A stretch of DNA of 64,000 bases, taken from the NCBI GenBank assembly GCA_965112155.1, contig OZ218099.1. The stretch is one strand, 5' to 3'. Made by a program: the position numbers and the translations under genes. This stretch comes from Podarcis liolepis. Lineage: Eukaryota. Under the pieces are notes generated by a model. That model did not search any database and was not told where the DNA came from. It saw nothing but the letters and a program-made list of their open reading frames with translations. This document shows, piece by piece, positions 60,502-64,000 of this stretch (its first letter is position 1; the number at the start of each line of letters is the position of its first letter).

Positions 60502-63500
60502 AAAGAAAGCTACTCTGGACTAATTCATGAAGAGTGCAAGGCTGTGAGTTTGCAAAAGTAGCTTGTCATTTGCTCCCCCCAACCCCCAGGCAGTAGATGG
60601 GGAAGCAAAGCAAGGCATCCTAGCTGTCAGACTTCGTTTGGGATCGTGAAACAAAATCAACAGCCACAAATGCAAGTGTGCTGTATCCTTTGGGAAATCT
60701 CTGTCAGCAGGCACTATGTTCGGCCTCGAATCCAAATCTGAACTAATCCAGCAACAAGCACGGTACCTATTTGACATCTGCTACCTGACATGGATAAGAC
60801 AGCGGTACCTTATTAATTCCAGCTCAATTCTTGGGGAATTCAATGCCTGACTTTCTCTCACACGGAAGCTCAGTCCATACATTTGAGACTCCAGTGGCTG
60901 GGTACTAGAGGATTTCCCCCTTGCTCCAGAATGCAAGGATCAGGGGAGCTTTCATAACCCAGTTTTGTAAGTGGCCTGGTCCCGTTCAGGGTCAAGGACC
61001 GTGAGGCCCGCATTTCATACCATATGATGCAGCTCTATATTTTCATCTAGCACATAAAGGTCAGGGGAGGACTCGTGTGCTCAAAAACAATTCATAAGCA
61101 TCTGTCTGCTATTCACTTAGACAGGCCAAATAAGGGATGGTGAGTTAAGATTTCTTCCCTTTGTCCTAGCAGTTGTGGCAAATGATAGTAATGCTTATCG
61201 GTCTTTATTTTAAATGTAATTTAAATATAAGCACATTCACTCCTGCAGTACTTCTAGCGCAGAGATCACATGGATAAACACCGATCAGTCTGAGGTGTTA
61301 AGTCTTATGTATGATTTACCTTGCAGGCTTATTAGCTTTGACTGGACTTGACCAGGGGTCCTTTACCTTATACCTTTACTTCACCTGGTACAGAGCAGAG
61401 GTCACACTCTTTTCGCAAAGCAGAGGGTCAAAGGTGATTATGTCTAGAGATGCAGAACTGGCTAGGCTACTGTTCTTTAGTAGATACTACAGTATAATTA
61501 AATTTTAGGGCAGGGATAGAAAATCCTCTGGCCCTTTGGGTATTGTTAGGACATGAAAGGTGATCACAAATGTTCTTTCTCACCCGCGGGCTGTACATTT
61601 CACTCTACTGCCGCAGAGTTTTGCCACCTCATTCTACTGCATGTGTAGACCAGGCCAAATATTTACAAAAAAACATTCCCACCTCCTCTCAAGAGACCCT
61701 CTGCAGTCACTTTATGGTGCCCCATCTACATGGATCCATAGGTCTTCTGCATAAACTTTGGGTTGTGATCCGACACCATTTCAAAGAGAAAGGATGCGGA
61801 ACTTGGATTGCCAGTGGCTCTTTGTTCCAAGGCAAGTGTGAAGACATCCCCAGGGGAGGAAGAAAGTTGTACGAATCGGGCTCAGGGTGAAAGATCTCGG
61901 GTCCAGTTAAAGGCAGAGAGGCTTTGTACATGTTACTGGCTTAAAATGCAGCTAGGCTGATCTTTCTCCCCCTCAATTTGGATCAAAGCTAGTTTGGCGG
62001 TAGATGCATCAAACCACAATTATTTCAGAACAAACAGCAGCATAGATGTGGAATGCAGCTAATGCCGTGTGTATGCCACTTCTCAAACCCAGTGGTGAGA
62101 GCCCACCAGATGCAGAGGAGATGGGCATCTGTGCATTGGCACAGCCACAGTGGCTGAAGCCAACACAGAACTCAAGATTTCAAAGAGCAAGCTTTTAAGA
62201 CATTCCGGAACTGGGTCTTCTCTTCCAGAGTTGGAGCTTAGGAGCCTGAATTCCTAACTCCACTCCCGTCTTGCATGTGTGACTTCAGCTCCCTCAAGAA
62301 GAGAACAGCTGCTACTTGCGCTGAAGCAGACAGTAAGTTTATTCAGGTGTCAAGACCACACTCGGATTTCAGCTCTTCCCGTTAGACACCCCCCAGCTTC
62401 CTGAACTGCAAGACGGACTGATCAGCGGCACACCTTGCCATTCACAGGGTTGCAGCCATGCAGAGGAAGATGGTTCAGGTTTGTTCCGTTAAGTTCCTGG
62501 GACTTAGGTGGAGTGCAATACCACCCCACCCACCCATTGTCCTCCTTACCTTCTCACCAGATGCAGCTGTTGATAAACTTGGCAGACTCCAGCGGCAGAA
62601 GCAGCAGCTAGTCTCTGCTGGGTCTAGGACTATTTACCCTGCTTGGCTTCTGCTGTACAGAGCGGACAAGAGTTCTGCTCCTAGCCAAAGTCCAGGAGGG
62701 CAAGAAGCCAGAGCATTTGCCAATCAGCTTCCCGGTGGACGCTAAGGGGCAGGGACACAGCCTCAGCATTAACCCTTGATGCAGCTGCAAAGCAATCTGC
62801 CCGGTTAACCTCCACTCAGCTGAATTCCAGTTAAATCTCTCAGGAGATGTGTACTGGGGAATCGGAGAAATCTTAGACTTAAAGGGCTGGACTATGATGA
62901 AGAAGCTGATACAAGGATACAAGAGTTGCATTTCCTTGAAACCCGTCCTCACGGACCATGCTCGGGGTGGAACAAGACTATTTGTTAAAAACAATTTCAT
63001 TTATGTGATAACCACCCTTCTTCTTAAAAGCTGCCCGAGGCAATGCACAACATAAAACATACAATAAAACTCTTGAGAAGGGAAAACAACCGGAGGGTGT
63101 GGTAAGAGGAGAGCTGGTACTGAAAAATCCTTCCGTAGTTTAATCACATCAGGGTAAATCAGATGCACATCTGAAGTTTATTTAAAATATTTTGCATCCC
63201 ACCTTTCCTTAGGGAAGTTCAAGTGTCCACCACGCTGCCCCCATTGCGAACCGCATCTCAAGATCTGCTGCATCTGTGGCACACTCAGTGGTATGTCATA
63301 GTCGCCTTGTTTATGGGACTGAGATAAGTTCGCATGCCCCCACTTGTTGTCTTTTGGACTTCGGTTTTTAAGAAAACATAGGGTGGTAATCAATACAATT
63401 GTTACTCAAGAGTAGAACTGCTGAAGTCAGCAGCCGCGTCTAACTTAGGTTCATTAATTTCAATGGGCCCTGGCTGAATGTAGCCTGTTATGTTCTGTGT

Positions 63501-63599
63501 GGCCTTTGGACTGGAGATGGCTAGGTAGTCCCTGTCCACTGCCATTTTGTGAACGAGCTATGAGTTGCATTTTATGGTACTGTTTGGCAGGAGGGCTGT

Positions 63600-63897
63600 C
63601 TACCTGTGAAATTGATAAAATATTAGTAGAAATGGAGGATCAAGAAGACAAATTAAAAGAGGTGTGGGAAAAGGAGACAACAGGGCAGATAGATAGTCAA
63701 AGCTGGGGGGAAATATGGGAGAATCTTACACTGAAAATGTTGTCTATAAGAATAAAAGAAAATTATTATAAATTAATTTAGAGATGGGATTTAACACCAG
63801 TCAGATTAAATCAAATAAACAAGGAATATCGGTGTTATGTTGGAGGGGATGCCAGGAAACAGGGAATTATATTCACATGTGGTGGGGGTGTAAATAT
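63600..63897 (+). mobile_element. L1/Tx1 ORF2 fragment (zf-RVT region)
   Basis: WGEIW..IKENYYKLI*RWDLTPVRL..CWRGCQETGNYIHMWWGC with a stop and a frameshift. Confidence 0.85.
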
Positions 63898-64000
63898 GGC
63901 AGGAGGGCTGACTAAAAACAAAAAAACACCACCAGCGTCCAAGCATGCAGCATGGAAAGCAGTGTAGCGATGAGCGTTAAGCACCTCCTGCTCCACCAAA

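Noticed and set aside
59866-60561. 231-aa plus-strand ORF
   Set aside because: Antisense shadow of the BovB ORF.
62830-63395. Short ORFs on both strands near the window end
   Set aside because: No similarity to BLOC1S1 or any other protein I recognise.

Overview
Vertebrate genomic DNA, most likely from a lacertid lizard: it carries Sauria/Squam1 SINEs, tRNA-Lys/CR1-tailed POM-type SINEs and BovB. Three spliced protein-coding genes are present. (1) The last three coding exons of ZNF207 (BuGZ) on +, followed by a long, transposon-poor 3' region. (2) A complete CD63 tetraspanin on +, with a CpG-island promoter, a probable non-coding exon 1 and 7 coding exons (236 aa). (3) All 4 coding exons of RDH5 on - (320 aa), tail-to-tail with CD63. 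The rest is largely LINE, SINE and DNA-transposon sequence. Two observations stand out. First, a module occurs twice in the ZNF207 3' region: a small exon ending in a non-canonical GC 5' splice site (AG|GCAAGT), followed 31-39 nt later by the same four-way-junction RNA fold, which suggests a structure-controlled 3'UTR-splicing/NMD switch. Second, an antisense retrocopy of the mitochondrial micropeptide mitoregulin (MTLN), with an open ORF, is nested in an L1 inside a hAT MITE in a CD63 intron. Family assignments rest on recalled sequences and motifs, not on database searches.
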